Positions 37,076-46,625 of a DNA stretch of 64,000 nucleotides are shown here, piece by piece; the stretch's first letter is position 1; the number at the start of each line of letters is the position of its first letter. Source of the stretch: Rhizobium sp. Q54 (GTDB lineage: Bacteria; Pseudomonadota; Alphaproteobacteria; Rickettsiales; UBA1997); contig CAMBXE010000001.1 of assembly GCA_945871805.1 (NCBI GenBank), positions 14,985 through 78,984 of the forward strand. Direction: 5' to 3'. The notes under the pieces were generated by a model that made no database searches, was not told the origin of the DNA, and worked only from the letters and a program-made list of their open reading frames with translations. A program made the position numbers and the translations under genes.

Positions 37076-38224
37076 CTAGTGAGAAATATTGTTGTAAAAG
37101 TTGCGTATTTTGTAGAGCAGAATCTGACCTATCCTCTTAAGGCGTCCCGCCTTGTCAATTTCTTCTTTGGCAAAAAGTGGGTAGGAAAAATTTTTATAGC
37201 CTTTGATTTCGATTACCAAATCTGCGACTTTAGTGTCGATTTTAATTGGGGCGTAAAGCGGGCTTTTGTACTTAACGCTAACCCGCACTTCATCGAGTGA
37301 ATATTCTTTCGGAATGGTAAAGGTGATTTTTTCTGAAGTGATCACGTCAATCTTTGATTTTGTGCCAAGCCAAATTGGTAGTTGTGCCACGATTTGATTT
37401 TTTTCGAAGAGAATTAATTTTTTGTAATGCTGAAAGCCGTAATCAAGAAGATCGGTAATAATTTCTGTTCTTTGTCTCGGTGTTCGGCCTTTATTCATCA
37501 CCGCGATTAAGTTGCGATGATTGCGTTTGACGATGCCAATAACTCCATATCCACCTTCGTTAGTGTGTCCGGTCTTGCCGCTGACAATGCCGTCGTAATT
37601 TTCACGAATCAGTGGATTACGATTACGCTGAGTGATATTTCGATAAGTAAATTCCGGAATGCCAAAATAATGTGAATATTGCGGGAAGTCTTGGTGCAAG
37701 CGGATTGCCAGCGTAGCTAAATCGCGAATACTCATGTAGTGATTGGGCTCGTTGAGTCCGTGTGGATTACGAAAATGACTATTTTTCAGCTCTAATTCTT
37801 TTGCTTTTACATTCATCAAAGCGACAAAATTATTGAGACCGCCAGCAGTGCTTTCAGCAAGAGCGATCGACGCATCATTGCCTGAAACCGCTAGCAAGCC
37901 TTGCAATAAAGCATCGATCGAAACCACGTCGCCATAGTTTAAAAACATGCTCGAGCCGGATTTTCGCCACGCATCTTTACCAATTAAACATTGGCTATTA
38001 AGAGAAATTTTACCTTTTTGAATTTGATCAAAGACCACGTAAGCAGTCATGATTTTCGTCATCGAAGAAGGAGGAATGCGAGCATCGGCATTTTTGGAAA
38101 GGAGCACCTCTTTAGTGTCTGCATCGATAAGAAAATAAAACTGCGCTTCACGCAGAGCCGAAGTGAGTTCAGCGGCCTTTGCCGGCAAGGCAAAAAATAA
38201 TAATAGCGCGAGAATTAACCTCAT
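37076..38224 (-). CDS. D-alanyl-D-alanine carboxypeptidase (PBP5/6 class)
   Basis: Signal peptide, then SxxK (SMTKIMT), SxN (SGND) and KTG (KTGHT). Confidence 0.9.
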   Translation of the reverse strand: MRLILALLLFFALPAKAAELTSALREAQFYFLIDADTKEVLLSKNADARIPPSSMTKIMTAYVVFDQIQKGKISLNSQCLIGKDAWRKSGSSMFLNYGDVVSIDALLQGLLAVSGNDASIALAESTAGGLNNFVALMNVKAKELELKNSHFRNPHGLNEPNHYMSIRDLATLAIRLHQDFPQYSHYFGIPEFTYRNITQRNRNPLIRENYDGIVSGKTGHTNEGGYGVIGIVKRNHRNLIAVMNKGRTPRQRTEIITDLLDYGFQHYKKLILFEKNQIVAQLPIWLGTKSKIDVITSEKITFTIPKEYSLDEVRVSVKYKSPLYAPIKIDTKVADLVIEIKGYKNFSYPLFAKEEIDKAGRLKRIGQILLYKIRNFYNNISH

Positions 38225-38988
38225 TTTTGCGGAGAAATATCTTTGTTTTTGACGATGGTTTTAATGAAGCCCGAGACTTTATTTTGTACTGTATTTTGAT
38301 CGGCAACTGGGGCTGTCGAAGCTTTTATTTCGGCTGATTTTTTTGGAATATTTGCGTCTTGATCATCAAAATTCTGACCAAAAATTTGTTTCGTTTTATT
38401 TTGCCTCTGCATCTTTTTCTTTTCTTGAACCAGCATTTTACTGAGCTCGACATCGTCATTAGTTTTTTTCGAATTAATCGAATCAACCGCGCGCTGCAAA
38501 GAATTGCCACCAGCCAGAAGATAACTTTTGTTAGCCATTTCCGTAGTCACGCCAAAGGCATCTAATTTAGGCACTTCGATTACATCAAACTCAGCGCCAA
38601 TCTTGTGAAATGGAGGGTAAAGAATGAGATTATAGTTTAGCTCAAAAACATTTGGCGACAGAGAGTTTGGCTGATTATTCGCCCTGCTTTGCTCGTAAGT
38701 TTCATGATTAGGAAGATTTCCTTGCTCGTGCTTTTCGCCGAGTTCGACGATGTCGACGTAAGGATAATATTCAATTCTACTGGCTAAATCTTCGTTAACT
38801 TCTTCTGGCGTTGGCGGCCTAGAAAACATCTTTTCTTGATTTACCTGCTTGTCTGGTTTGCGCTTCTCATTAATTTTTTGAATCTCTTCGTGATATTTTT
38901 TGTTGAAGCTGTTGTTGGATTTATCGAGATCCGAAGAGCAGGCGGAAAATAAAAGCAGTAATGGCAAGAGAGCAATGAAGCTTCTCAT
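38221..38988 (-). CDS. hypothetical lipoprotein
   Basis: Lipobox LLLFSAC|S. Lys/Gln/Asn-rich, no recognised domain. Overlaps both neighbours by 1-4 nt. Confidence 0.65.
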   Translation of the reverse strand: MRSFIALLPLLLLFSACSSDLDKSNNSFNKKYHEEIQKINEKRKPDKQVNQEKMFSRPPTPEEVNEDLASRIEYYPYVDIVELGEKHEQGNLPNHETYEQSRANNQPNSLSPNVFELNYNLILYPPFHKIGAEFDVIEVPKLDAFGVTTEMANKSYLLAGGNSLQRAVDSINSKKTNDDVELSKMLVQEKKKMQRQNKTKQIFGQNFDDQDANIPKKSAEIKASTAPVADQNTVQNKVSGFIKTIVKNKDISPQK

Positions 38989-39659
38989 TACTTACCTTTG
39001 GTTAAAATGGCATCCGAGCCAGAATCAGTAATTTTTTTCACCATTTCTTTGGCTTTATTTCTGTCTGAAAATGGCCCGAGTAAAACGCGATAAATTGTTT
39101 TATCACCCTCAACTGTTTCGATTTTTCCGGAGTAAAATTTTTTCATTTTCTTCAAGGTGGCATCGGCGCTGCTAAGATTTGAGAATGAGCCAACTTGTGC
39201 AAAGAACTTTTTGCCGGAGCTGATTTCCTTTTTATTGGAGCCAGCTTCGCCAATTTTATGCACATATTTTTTCTCTCCCTTCTTCGATTCGGTGAGGTCG
39301 AATTCTACAGATTGCACAGGTTCTTTTGTGCTAGTTCCAAGAATTTCTTCGGTTGGTTGACCAGCTGGAAAAGCACTAGTGGCTTGGGCATTGGCAATAT
39401 TTTGATCTTGGTAATTTTTAATTGGTTGCGGCTGATATTTTACTTCGCCTTGTTGCGCCGGACGATTTTCAGCAGGACTCATTTTGCTTTGAGATGTTAA
39501 AGCCTGCGTATTTAACTCCGGAGCCCGAGTTACTACGGGATGAGACTTTCCCTGCAAATCAACAATTCTGATTTTCGGCTGACCGTCTTTTTGCCAAAAT
39601 GGCTGACTGCACGAAGTCAAAATTAGGCCAAAAAGGATGAATAAATTATTTTTTTTCAT
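38988..39659 (-). CDS. SPOR-domain lipoprotein
   Basis: ATG at 39659 gives MKKNNLFILFGLILTSC|S (lipobox). C-terminal SPOR-like FAQVGSFSNLSSADATLKKM...YRVLLGPFSDRNKAKEM. Confidence 0.75.
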   Translation of the reverse strand: MKKNNLFILFGLILTSCSQPFWQKDGQPKIRIVDLQGKSHPVVTRAPELNTQALTSQSKMSPAENRPAQQGEVKYQPQPIKNYQDQNIANAQATSAFPAGQPTEEILGTSTKEPVQSVEFDLTESKKGEKKYVHKIGEAGSNKKEISSGKKFFAQVGSFSNLSSADATLKKMKKFYSGKIETVEGDKTIYRVLLGPFSDRNKAKEMVKKITDSGSDAILTKGK

Positions 39660-39747
39660 GTGAAGAAAAATGCTGAGAAGCGTTGTAAACAAAGGGTGCA
39701 AAAACTCTGGTTTCGGAGGGTAAAAAGACAACAAAAATAAGGGTGAA

Positions 39748-39909
39748 CTACTTGAGCTTTTTCTCGTCTTTGTCGTCATCAAACAAGATGCGACTAGCGG
39801 CGCCATCAAGATCTTCGTACTGCTTATTTTTTAAGCTCCACAAAAAAGCAGCGAGGCCGATTAAGGCCGTGGCAAGAGCAATTGGAATTAGAAAAATTAA
39901 GACTGACAT
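39748..39909 (-). CDS. ccoS: cbb3 oxidase maturation protein CcoS/FixS (53 aa, not in the ORF track)
   Basis: Hand translation: MSVLIFLIPIALATALIGLAAFLWSLKNKQYEDLDGAASRILFDDDKDEKKLK. Overlaps the ccoI end by 13 nt. Confidence 0.85.
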   Translation of the reverse strand: MSVLIFLIPIALATALIGLAAFLWSLKNKQYEDLDGAASRILFDDDKDEKKLK

Positions 39910-42221
39910 TTCTTTGAATTCATGCGCAGCGAGTTAAAGAGCACTAGCAACGAAGATGATGACATCGCAATCGCCGCAACTAGAGGCACAACATGGCCAG
40001 CGACGGCGTAAGGAACGGCAATTAGATTATAGATTAATGCGATTAAAAGGTTTTGTTTCATGAGTGAAATTGCTTTTGTCGAGGAGTTAATGAGCTCAAT
40101 AATCGGCATTAATTTTTGTCCTTGGATTATTATGTCGGCAACATTTTGTGAGATGTCGGAGGCGTGTGAAAAAGAAATTGAGACATGAGCTAAAGCTAGG
40201 GCCGGAGCGTCGTTAAGCCCGTCCCCAACCATCACAAATTTTTCTAATTTTTGTAAAAATTCTACTTTTGAAATTGGCGTTTGTTCGAAATAAAATTCAG
40301 CAATTCCTAATTTTTTTGCTACAGATTCGACTGCTTTTTCTGAGTCGCCAGAAAGTAGAATTACTTTTTTACCAGATTTGCGGAGGCTTGTTACAACGGC
40401 GTCTGCGTCAGATTTAATTTCGTCAGAAAATAAAAACACCGCTTCGTTTTCGCCAAATTTTACAAAGCAGGTGAGTAAATTTTCTGCGTTTTCGAAGTCG
40501 CTTTTAATGTCACAAAAATCTTTGCGGCCAAGTCGTAAAATTTTATTTTCAAAATTTGCCTCTAGTCCGAAGCCTTGATTTTCCTGGGCCGAAAGCTCTT
40601 CTAAATTTTCTTTGTAACTGGCTGAAATTGCTTGAGCTATTGGATGACGACTATTTTTTGTGAGCGAGGCGGCAAGTCTTAGAAGATTATTTTCGTCGCC
40701 ACGGAGCATTTTTATTTCGACTAATTTCGGCGCGCCAATCGTCAAACTTCCGGTTTTATCAAAAACTACGACATCGATTTTGCTCAGCTTTTCCAAGGCC
40801 TCGCCTGATTTTACCAAAATTCCTTTTCGCAAAAAATTCGAAATCAAAATTGTTTGCACAATCGGCACGGCCAATGCCAAAGCGCACGGACAGGTGATGA
40901 TTAAAACCGCAGTCGCATTCATTAAGGCAACTTCCCAGCCGCTTTTAAACCAAAAGCAAAAGGTCGCGAAGGCTAGCAAATGAACGGCCGGCGTATAAAA
41001 TCTAGAAAGATAATCGGCGAGACGAATGTAGTGAATTTTTTTACCTTCCGCTTCCTCGCTTAGGCGAATAATTTCGGCGAGCAAACTATTCTGCGGCGAT
41101 TTGGTAATTCTGATTTTTAGTGATTGGGTCAAATTAATCGTGCCGGCAAAAACTTCGGATCCTTGCGCGATTTTTTTTGGTAGGCTTTCGCCGGTAATTA
41201 ATGCGGTGTCAATTTCGCTCTCGCCAGAAATTACCACGCCATCAGCAGCAACTTTTTCCCCGGCTGAAATCAGTAAAATCATGCCTTCACGCAATTGTTT
41301 AATCGGCAGAATTTTAATTTTTTTATCTTCTTCGACGCGCCCAAAACTTGCGGCGAGCAAGGTGAACTCTGTTGCCATTGCAAATGCTTTTTTGCGCGCT
41401 TTTAAATCGAGGTAACGACCAATCAGCAGGAAGAAAGTCAACATCACCGCCGAGTCAAAATAGACGTGACTCGCGCCTCGAAAAGTTTCGAGCAAACTCA
41501 CCATGCAAGCCAAAAAAATCGCAATTGAAATTGCTAGATCCATGTTGGGATAGCCCCGTTTTATTGATTTGGCGGCTGATACAAAAAATGGTCGCGCTGA
41601 AAAAATAATTACTGGTAGTGCGATCAGTGACGAAAAAAAATGTAGTAAATTTCTAGTTTGAATTCCCATCGCGTTCGCATCTGCAAACCACAAAGAAAAA
41701 GAAAACAGCATGATGTTACCAGTGCCAAATCCAGCAACCGCAAGGGCGCGCAAGATTTCATTGCTGTATTTTTTTTCGGTAGAGTTAAGAATTTCTTCGT
41801 CGAAGGGGAGAAGCTTGTAACCGATTTCGTGAATTAATTGAATCAGGTCATTTCCATTTTTTGCCTCGCCTTGCCAACGCAGAAATAAAGTTTTTTTCGA
41901 GAGATTGACGCGCGCAGTTAAAACATTTTTTTGTTTTTTTAGAATGCTTTCGATCAGCCAAATACAGGCGGCGCAATGCATTCCTTGGACCATTAGCGAG
42001 ACTGAATTTGCGCCACCTTCTTCGCGCAAAACAAATTCTGAAATATCCAATTTTTCACCAATCTCTGGCTTGATCTTTCCAGCAGAAAAATTTTCTTCGC
42101 GCAGTTTGTAGTAATTTTCGAAACCCAGTTTCTTGATGATTTTGTAAGCCGCGTTGCACCCTAAGCAGCAAAATTCTTCTCGCGTCTCTTCACCGCAATG
42201 TAGGCATTTACTGCACAACAT
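39897..42221 (-). CDS. ccoI: copper-translocating P-type ATPase (FixI/CcoI)
   Basis: N-terminus CLHCGEE..FCCLGCNAAY, TM CPC (ITCPCALA), DKTGSLT, GDGLNDAPAL. Confidence 0.92.
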   Translation of the reverse strand: MLCSKCLHCGEETREEFCCLGCNAAYKIIKKLGFENYYKLREENFSAGKIKPEIGEKLDISEFVLREEGGANSVSLMVQGMHCAACIWLIESILKKQKNVLTARVNLSKKTLFLRWQGEAKNGNDLIQLIHEIGYKLLPFDEEILNSTEKKYSNEILRALAVAGFGTGNIMLFSFSLWFADANAMGIQTRNLLHFFSSLIALPVIIFSARPFFVSAAKSIKRGYPNMDLAISIAIFLACMVSLLETFRGASHVYFDSAVMLTFFLLIGRYLDLKARKKAFAMATEFTLLAASFGRVEEDKKIKILPIKQLREGMILLISAGEKVAADGVVISGESEIDTALITGESLPKKIAQGSEVFAGTINLTQSLKIRITKSPQNSLLAEIIRLSEEAEGKKIHYIRLADYLSRFYTPAVHLLAFATFCFWFKSGWEVALMNATAVLIITCPCALALAVPIVQTILISNFLRKGILVKSGEALEKLSKIDVVVFDKTGSLTIGAPKLVEIKMLRGDENNLLRLAASLTKNSRHPIAQAISASYKENLEELSAQENQGFGLEANFENKILRLGRKDFCDIKSDFENAENLLTCFVKFGENEAVFLFSDEIKSDADAVVTSLRKSGKKVILLSGDSEKAVESVAKKLGIAEFYFEQTPISKVEFLQKLEKFVMVGDGLNDAPALALAHVSISFSHASDISQNVADIIIQGQKLMPIIELINSSTKAISLMKQNLLIALIYNLIAVPYAVAGHVVPLVAAIAMSSSSLLVLFNSLRMNSKKCQS

Positions 42222-42690
42222 AGCGCCTTGTTAGGTAGAGCTTTTCTTCCCCCTTAGAGATTAGAATTATTGCGTCCCATTGGCCGGGGAGCGGAAAGTT
42301 GATATCGAATTTATTAGTGCCACTGGAAGTGTCGGCGATTACAGAAAAATCAAATCCTTCTTGAGTTGGGCGAGTGAAAGTAATGTTAACGCTGGTATCG
42401 GCGTTGGTAGGCGACTTGTCGGCAATCACGTTGATCAAAATTTCCATTTTATTTTTACCGGTGCTGCGTGGTCGGATATCAACTTGCCAGCCAAGTTCTT
42501 TTTGTTTTTCTGCCTGCTTCAAAGTTTCATTGTAGTTAAGGCCTTTTTGGTAGGAATCCTCAGTTACCACGCCGCGCCAAGTTTTTTTAGCGATGTAGAC
42601 ATAGCCAATATTTACCGCGATTACCACGCCAAAAAAAGCGAAAAAAATGTAAGGAATTTTGCTGCGTTTTGCGGCCTGTTTATTTTGCAT
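42208..42690 (-). CDS. fixH: FixH-family protein
   Basis: 160 aa, single N-terminal TM IFFAFFGVVIAVNIGYVYIA, periplasmic domain. Placed directly before fixI as in fixGHIS. Confidence 0.75.
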   Translation of the reverse strand: MQNKQAAKRSKIPYIFFAFFGVVIAVNIGYVYIAKKTWRGVVTEDSYQKGLNYNETLKQAEKQKELGWQVDIRPRSTGKNKMEILINVIADKSPTNADTSVNITFTRPTQEGFDFSVIADTSSGTNKFDINFPLPGQWDAIILISKGEEKLYLTRRYVVQ

Positions 42691-43063
42691 TGTCCGAGAA
42701 AGTTTTTTGTCGATGAATCCTTGTTAGGCAGAATTTCAAATCAGTAGAAATTTTGACAAAATCAGCAGCGAGAATTTCTTTTCGTGCAATTACGACGTAA
42801 TCAAAATTATTTTTTGCATGTTGCGGAGTGAGAGCGCGTACGGCTTCGCGTAATCTTCTTTTGGCGCGATTGCGCTCTACAGCTAATTTACTGACAGTTT
42901 TTGCTACGGTATAGCCAACGCGACAAAAATCTTTTGAATCTTCGCGTAAATAAATTTGGGGGGTGGGGTGAGTGAGAAGGAGGAGTGTCTGTGAAAAAAA
43001 TTTCTGACCCTTCTTGCTAATATTTTGAAACTCTGCGGATTTTTTAACCGTGATAATATGCAA
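42680..43063 (-). CDS. rnpA: ribonuclease P protein component
   Basis: RVGYTVAKTVSKLAVERNRAKRRLREA. Follows rpmH. Confidence 0.92.
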   Translation of the reverse strand: MHIITVKKSAEFQNISKKGQKFFSQTLLLLTHPTPQIYLREDSKDFCRVGYTVAKTVSKLAVERNRAKRRLREAVRALTPQHAKNNFDYVVIARKEILAADFVKISTDLKFCLTRIHRQKTFSDNAK

Positions 43064-43077
43064 AGACCAAGGAAATA

Positions 43078-43212
43078 TTAGACTGACAATGAAGCGCGAC
43101 CTTTAAAGCGACGACGCGAAAGAACTCTACGTCCGCCAACGGTTGCCATTCTTGATCTAAAGCCATGTCTTCTTTTGCGTACTATTTTGCTTGGCTGCCA
43201 AGTTCTTTTCAT
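43078..43212 (-). CDS. rpmH: 50S ribosomal protein L34 (44 aa, not in the ORF track)
   Basis: Hand translation: [44 protein letters not shown]. Confidence 0.95.
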   Translation of the reverse strand: MKRTWQPSKIVRKRRHGFRSRMATVGGRRVLSRRRFKGRASLSV

Positions 43213-43338
43213 AAATTTATCTGATTTTTACCCGAATTTTTCCCGGTTTTTTAAAGTGTATCAACAAAGGGCGGCGCAACCTATTTGCCGATCTTTAAAT
43301 GGCAAGTGGCGGGCTAAGTAGCTCTGTAGAAGAAGTTT

Positions 43339-44703
43339 TTAAATTAGCGCTCGATTGATTCGGGCGAGCACTTCGTCTTTTTCGAGGATTTCAATCACGT
43401 CGAAAATTCCACCGGGAGAGGCGGAGGAAAAAGTTAAAACGATGCGAAGCAGTGGTCCGAAATCTTTTATTTTTAGATTTTTTGCAGCGGCAAAATCATT
43501 AAGAGAATTTTTAATTCCATCGTGAGACCAGTCGCTCAAATCGGAGAAAAGTTTTTGTAATTCACTGAGAAGATCTCTCTTTTCGGCGATGATTTTTTTG
43601 CTTTCCTCGTCGAGTTTGCTGACAAATCCATCGCGATAAATTTCTAAACTTTTTGTTAAATCGGTCAGTAGTTCAGCTCGTTCTTTAGCGAATTTAATTA
43701 CGCGTAAAAAACGTGATTCCTCTTTTTTGTTGGTGGTTGGGATTAGCAATTCCTCTTCATTTTTCTCTTTGATGTAATGCTTATTTACTGACTTCAATTT
43801 CACGAAATCAAAACGTGACGGAGATTTTCCGACGCGATCTAAGTCAAACCACTCAATTGCTTGCGCATCGGAAATAATTTCGGAATCGCCGTGCGACCAG
43901 CCGAGACGAAGTAAATAATTTCGCATCGCTTCCGGTAAGTAGCCCATCTCTTTGTAGTCGATTACCGAAGTGGCGCCGTGGCGCTTGGAGAGTTTGGCGC
44001 CGTCTGGTCCGTGGATGAGTGGAATATGGGCAAATTCGGGCACATTCCAATCCATCGCTTGGTAGATTATTTTTTGACGAAAGGCATTTGTGAGGTGATC
44101 ATCGCCGCGAATTACGTGAGTGATTTGCATGTCGTGATCATCGACAATAACTGCAAGCATGTAAGTTGGAGTGCCATCGCCGCGCAGCATTACTAAATCA
44201 TCGAGTTCAGAATTTTTTACGCGAATTTCGCCTTGCACTAAATCTTTAATGATCGTCTCGCCTTCAAGCGGGGCCTTGATTCGAATCACTGGTTTAATCG
44301 TTGAAGATTGCGATTGCGCTTTGTCACGCCACGGACTTTTGAAGCGAAAAACTTCTTTTTTTTCTTCAAATTTTTTGCGCATTTCTTCGAGCTCTTCTGT
44401 CGATGTGTAGCACAAATAAGCCTGATTTTTTTCGAGTAATTTTTCGGCGATTTCCTTGTGACGCGCTAAATTTTTTGACTGCAAAATAAAATCCTCATCA
44501 TGCTTAAGTTCAAGCCAGTCAAGGCCTTGCAGAATTGCATCGACCGCTTCTTTGGTTGATCTTTGTGCGTCGGTGTCTTCGATTCTGAGTAAAAATTTTC
44601 CGTTGTGGTGTTTAGAAAAAAGATAATTGAACAGGGCAGTGCGCGCTCCGCCAATATGCAAATAGCCAGTTGGGGAAGGGGCAAAACGAGTGACGACTTG
44701 CAT
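43339..44703 (-). CDS. gltX: glutamate--tRNA ligase
   Basis: HIGH (PSPTGYLHIGGART) and KMSKS variant (GAKLSKRHG). ATG at 44703 preferred. Confidence 0.95.
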   Translation of the reverse strand: MQVVTRFAPSPTGYLHIGGARTALFNYLFSKHHNGKFLLRIEDTDAQRSTKEAVDAILQGLDWLELKHDEDFILQSKNLARHKEIAEKLLEKNQAYLCYTSTEELEEMRKKFEEKKEVFRFKSPWRDKAQSQSSTIKPVIRIKAPLEGETIIKDLVQGEIRVKNSELDDLVMLRGDGTPTYMLAVIVDDHDMQITHVIRGDDHLTNAFRQKIIYQAMDWNVPEFAHIPLIHGPDGAKLSKRHGATSVIDYKEMGYLPEAMRNYLLRLGWSHGDSEIISDAQAIEWFDLDRVGKSPSRFDFVKLKSVNKHYIKEKNEEELLIPTTNKKEESRFLRVIKFAKERAELLTDLTKSLEIYRDGFVSKLDEESKKIIAEKRDLLSELQKLFSDLSDWSHDGIKNSLNDFAAAKNLKIKDFGPLLRIVLTFSSASPGGIFDVIEILEKDEVLARINRALI

Positions 44704-44819
44704 GTATTTTTGATTTAAAATTTCTGATTTTATTTTTGGAGTAATCAAAAATTGACTTATCTCGCATCGCTGCGCAACTTAAAAAATATCTCCAAATTCA
44801 ACTAAAAGTTTTTAACAAC

Positions 44820-46520
44820 ATGGCAATCTCTCATGCTACGACAGACGTTGGTGCGAAGCTCTTAGAGCAAAAAGTTATTTCCGATGATCAATTAGGAATT
44901 GCGCTCAAAGAACAAGATCGTCTCAAGGGCGCAAAAACCATTGGGATGATTTTGGTTGAGATGGGTTTTATTTCCGAAGGCGCGCTCGGTGAAATTTTAA
45001 ATGAATCAAGTGGCTCAAAAAAATTCGATCTAAAATCAACGATCATTGACGCCAAATTAGTTAAAAGAATTCCGAAAGATTTCGCTGCTCACAATAAATT
45101 AATTCCAGTTTCATTCACGGTGGACTCAGTAACCATTGCGATGGCCGACGTTTTTGACATTGTCGCCATTGATCAAGTGCGTCGTTTTTTCCCGCCAAAT
45201 TTTCGCATCAATCCTGTTTACGCGTCAGAGACGGATTTGCTGCAAGCGATCGACCAATATTACGGTTACGAAATGTCGATCGAAGGCATTTGTAAGGAAA
45301 TGGAAAGCGGCGACAAAAATAAAACCTTAGATGAAAATCAGTTAAAGGGCGATTACAAAAGTCCAGTTGTTCGCCTGATTGATGCGATTCTTACCGACGC
45401 TGTACATGCAGGCGCGTCGGATTTGCACTTTGAGCCAGAAGCTTCTTTTTTGCGGATTCGTTACCGTATTGACGGAAAAATGGTTCAGATTCGTTCGATC
45501 CACAAAGATTACTGGTCGGCACTTTCGGTGCGTCTCAAAATTTTGTCGGGCATGAATATTGCCGAATCTAGAAAGCCACAAGATGGTCGAGTTAATTCTG
45601 AAATTCTTGGACGCAGAATCGACTTTCGCGTCTCGACTCAGCCGACGATTAACGGCGAAAATATCGTCATGCGTATTTTGGATGAAAAGCAGTCGATCCT
45701 TTCCATGGAAAAGCTCGGCTTTTCTGAATCTAACATGAATGCGCTGAAGAAATTGGTGCAGCGTCCGGAAGGAATGATCATCATGACTGGCCCAACAGGT
45801 TCTGGTAAAACCACTACTCTCTACACGCTTCTCAGCTACGTTAACTCGATCGACAAAAACATCATGACGCTCGAAGATCCGGTTGAGTACCACATTCCGA
45901 TGATTCGTCAGTCTAATATTCGAAATGATATCGGGATGGATTTTGCCTCGGGCATTAAAGCGCTTTTGCGACAAGATCCCGACGTGATTCTTGTCGGTGA
46001 AATTCGCGACAAAGACACCGCGGTTACTGCGATTACGGCGGCGATGACTGGTCACCAAGTCTACTCTTCTCTACACACAAACGATGCGATCGGAGCGATT
46101 CCGCGCTTGATGAATATTGGCGTTCCAAACTATCTAATGGCCGGAGCCTTGATCGGCGTGGCTGCTCAACGTCTCGCACGTAAACTTTGCATTCATTGTA
46201 AAAAAGAAGAACCAATAACTGACTTCGAAAAGAAGCTGCTCGGCACTAAATACTCTTCCGTCACAAAACTTTTCAAAGCAACCGGTTGCGAGAAATGCAC
46301 TAGTGGTTATAAGGGGCGAGTTGTTGTTGCTGAAGTTCTCTCATTTGATCGCGAGCTTGATGATTTAGTGGCCAGAGGCGCGAGTCGCAAAGAGATCGTG
46401 GCTTATGTTTTGAGTCATGGTTTTATACCGATGGTTGAAGATGGTTTGCTTAAAGTTATTGCTGGAATAATCGACATGAAGGAGTTGATCCGCGTTGTTG
46501 ACATGACTGACAGAATGTAA
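44820..46520 (+). CDS. GspE/PilB-family secretion ATPase
   Basis: Walker A GPTGSGKTTT, Walker B ILVGEIRD, His box GHQVYSSLHTND, tetra-Cys CIHC...CEKC. N-terminal T2SSE_N/MshEN-like repeats. Confidence 0.9.
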   Translation: MAISHATTDVGAKLLEQKVISDDQLGIALKEQDRLKGAKTIGMILVEMGFISEGALGEILNESSGSKKFDLKSTIIDAKLVKRIPKDFAAHNKLIPVSFTVDSVTIAMADVFDIVAIDQVRRFFPPNFRINPVYASETDLLQAIDQYYGYEMSIEGICKEMESGDKNKTLDENQLKGDYKSPVVRLIDAILTDAVHAGASDLHFEPEASFLRIRYRIDGKMVQIRSIHKDYWSALSVRLKILSGMNIAESRKPQDGRVNSEILGRRIDFRVSTQPTINGENIVMRILDEKQSILSMEKLGFSESNMNALKKLVQRPEGMIIMTGPTGSGKTTTLYTLLSYVNSIDKNIMTLEDPVEYHIPMIRQSNIRNDIGMDFASGIKALLRQDPDVILVGEIRDKDTAVTAITAAMTGHQVYSSLHTNDAIGAIPRLMNIGVPNYLMAGALIGVAAQRLARKLCIHCKKEEPITDFEKKLLGTKYSSVTKLFKATGCEKCTSGYKGRVVVAEVLSFDRELDDLVARGASRKEIVAYVLSHGFIPMVEDGLLKVIAGIIDMKELIRVVDMTDRM

Positions 46521-46625
46521 TTAACAAAACTCTCGCCATCCTTGGTGCAAAGCCCTTCATCCCCGATGCAAATCATCGAAGATCTCAGAATCTTAGCCCA
46601 AAAAGATGTAATTAAAATTTTCAAA

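Noticed and set aside
45342-46058. 238-aa ORF antisense to the GspE/PilB ATPase gene
   Set aside because: It lies entirely within the conserved ATPase core on the opposite strand. The translation is Arg/His/Phe-rich nonsense with no motif, so it is a shadow ORF.
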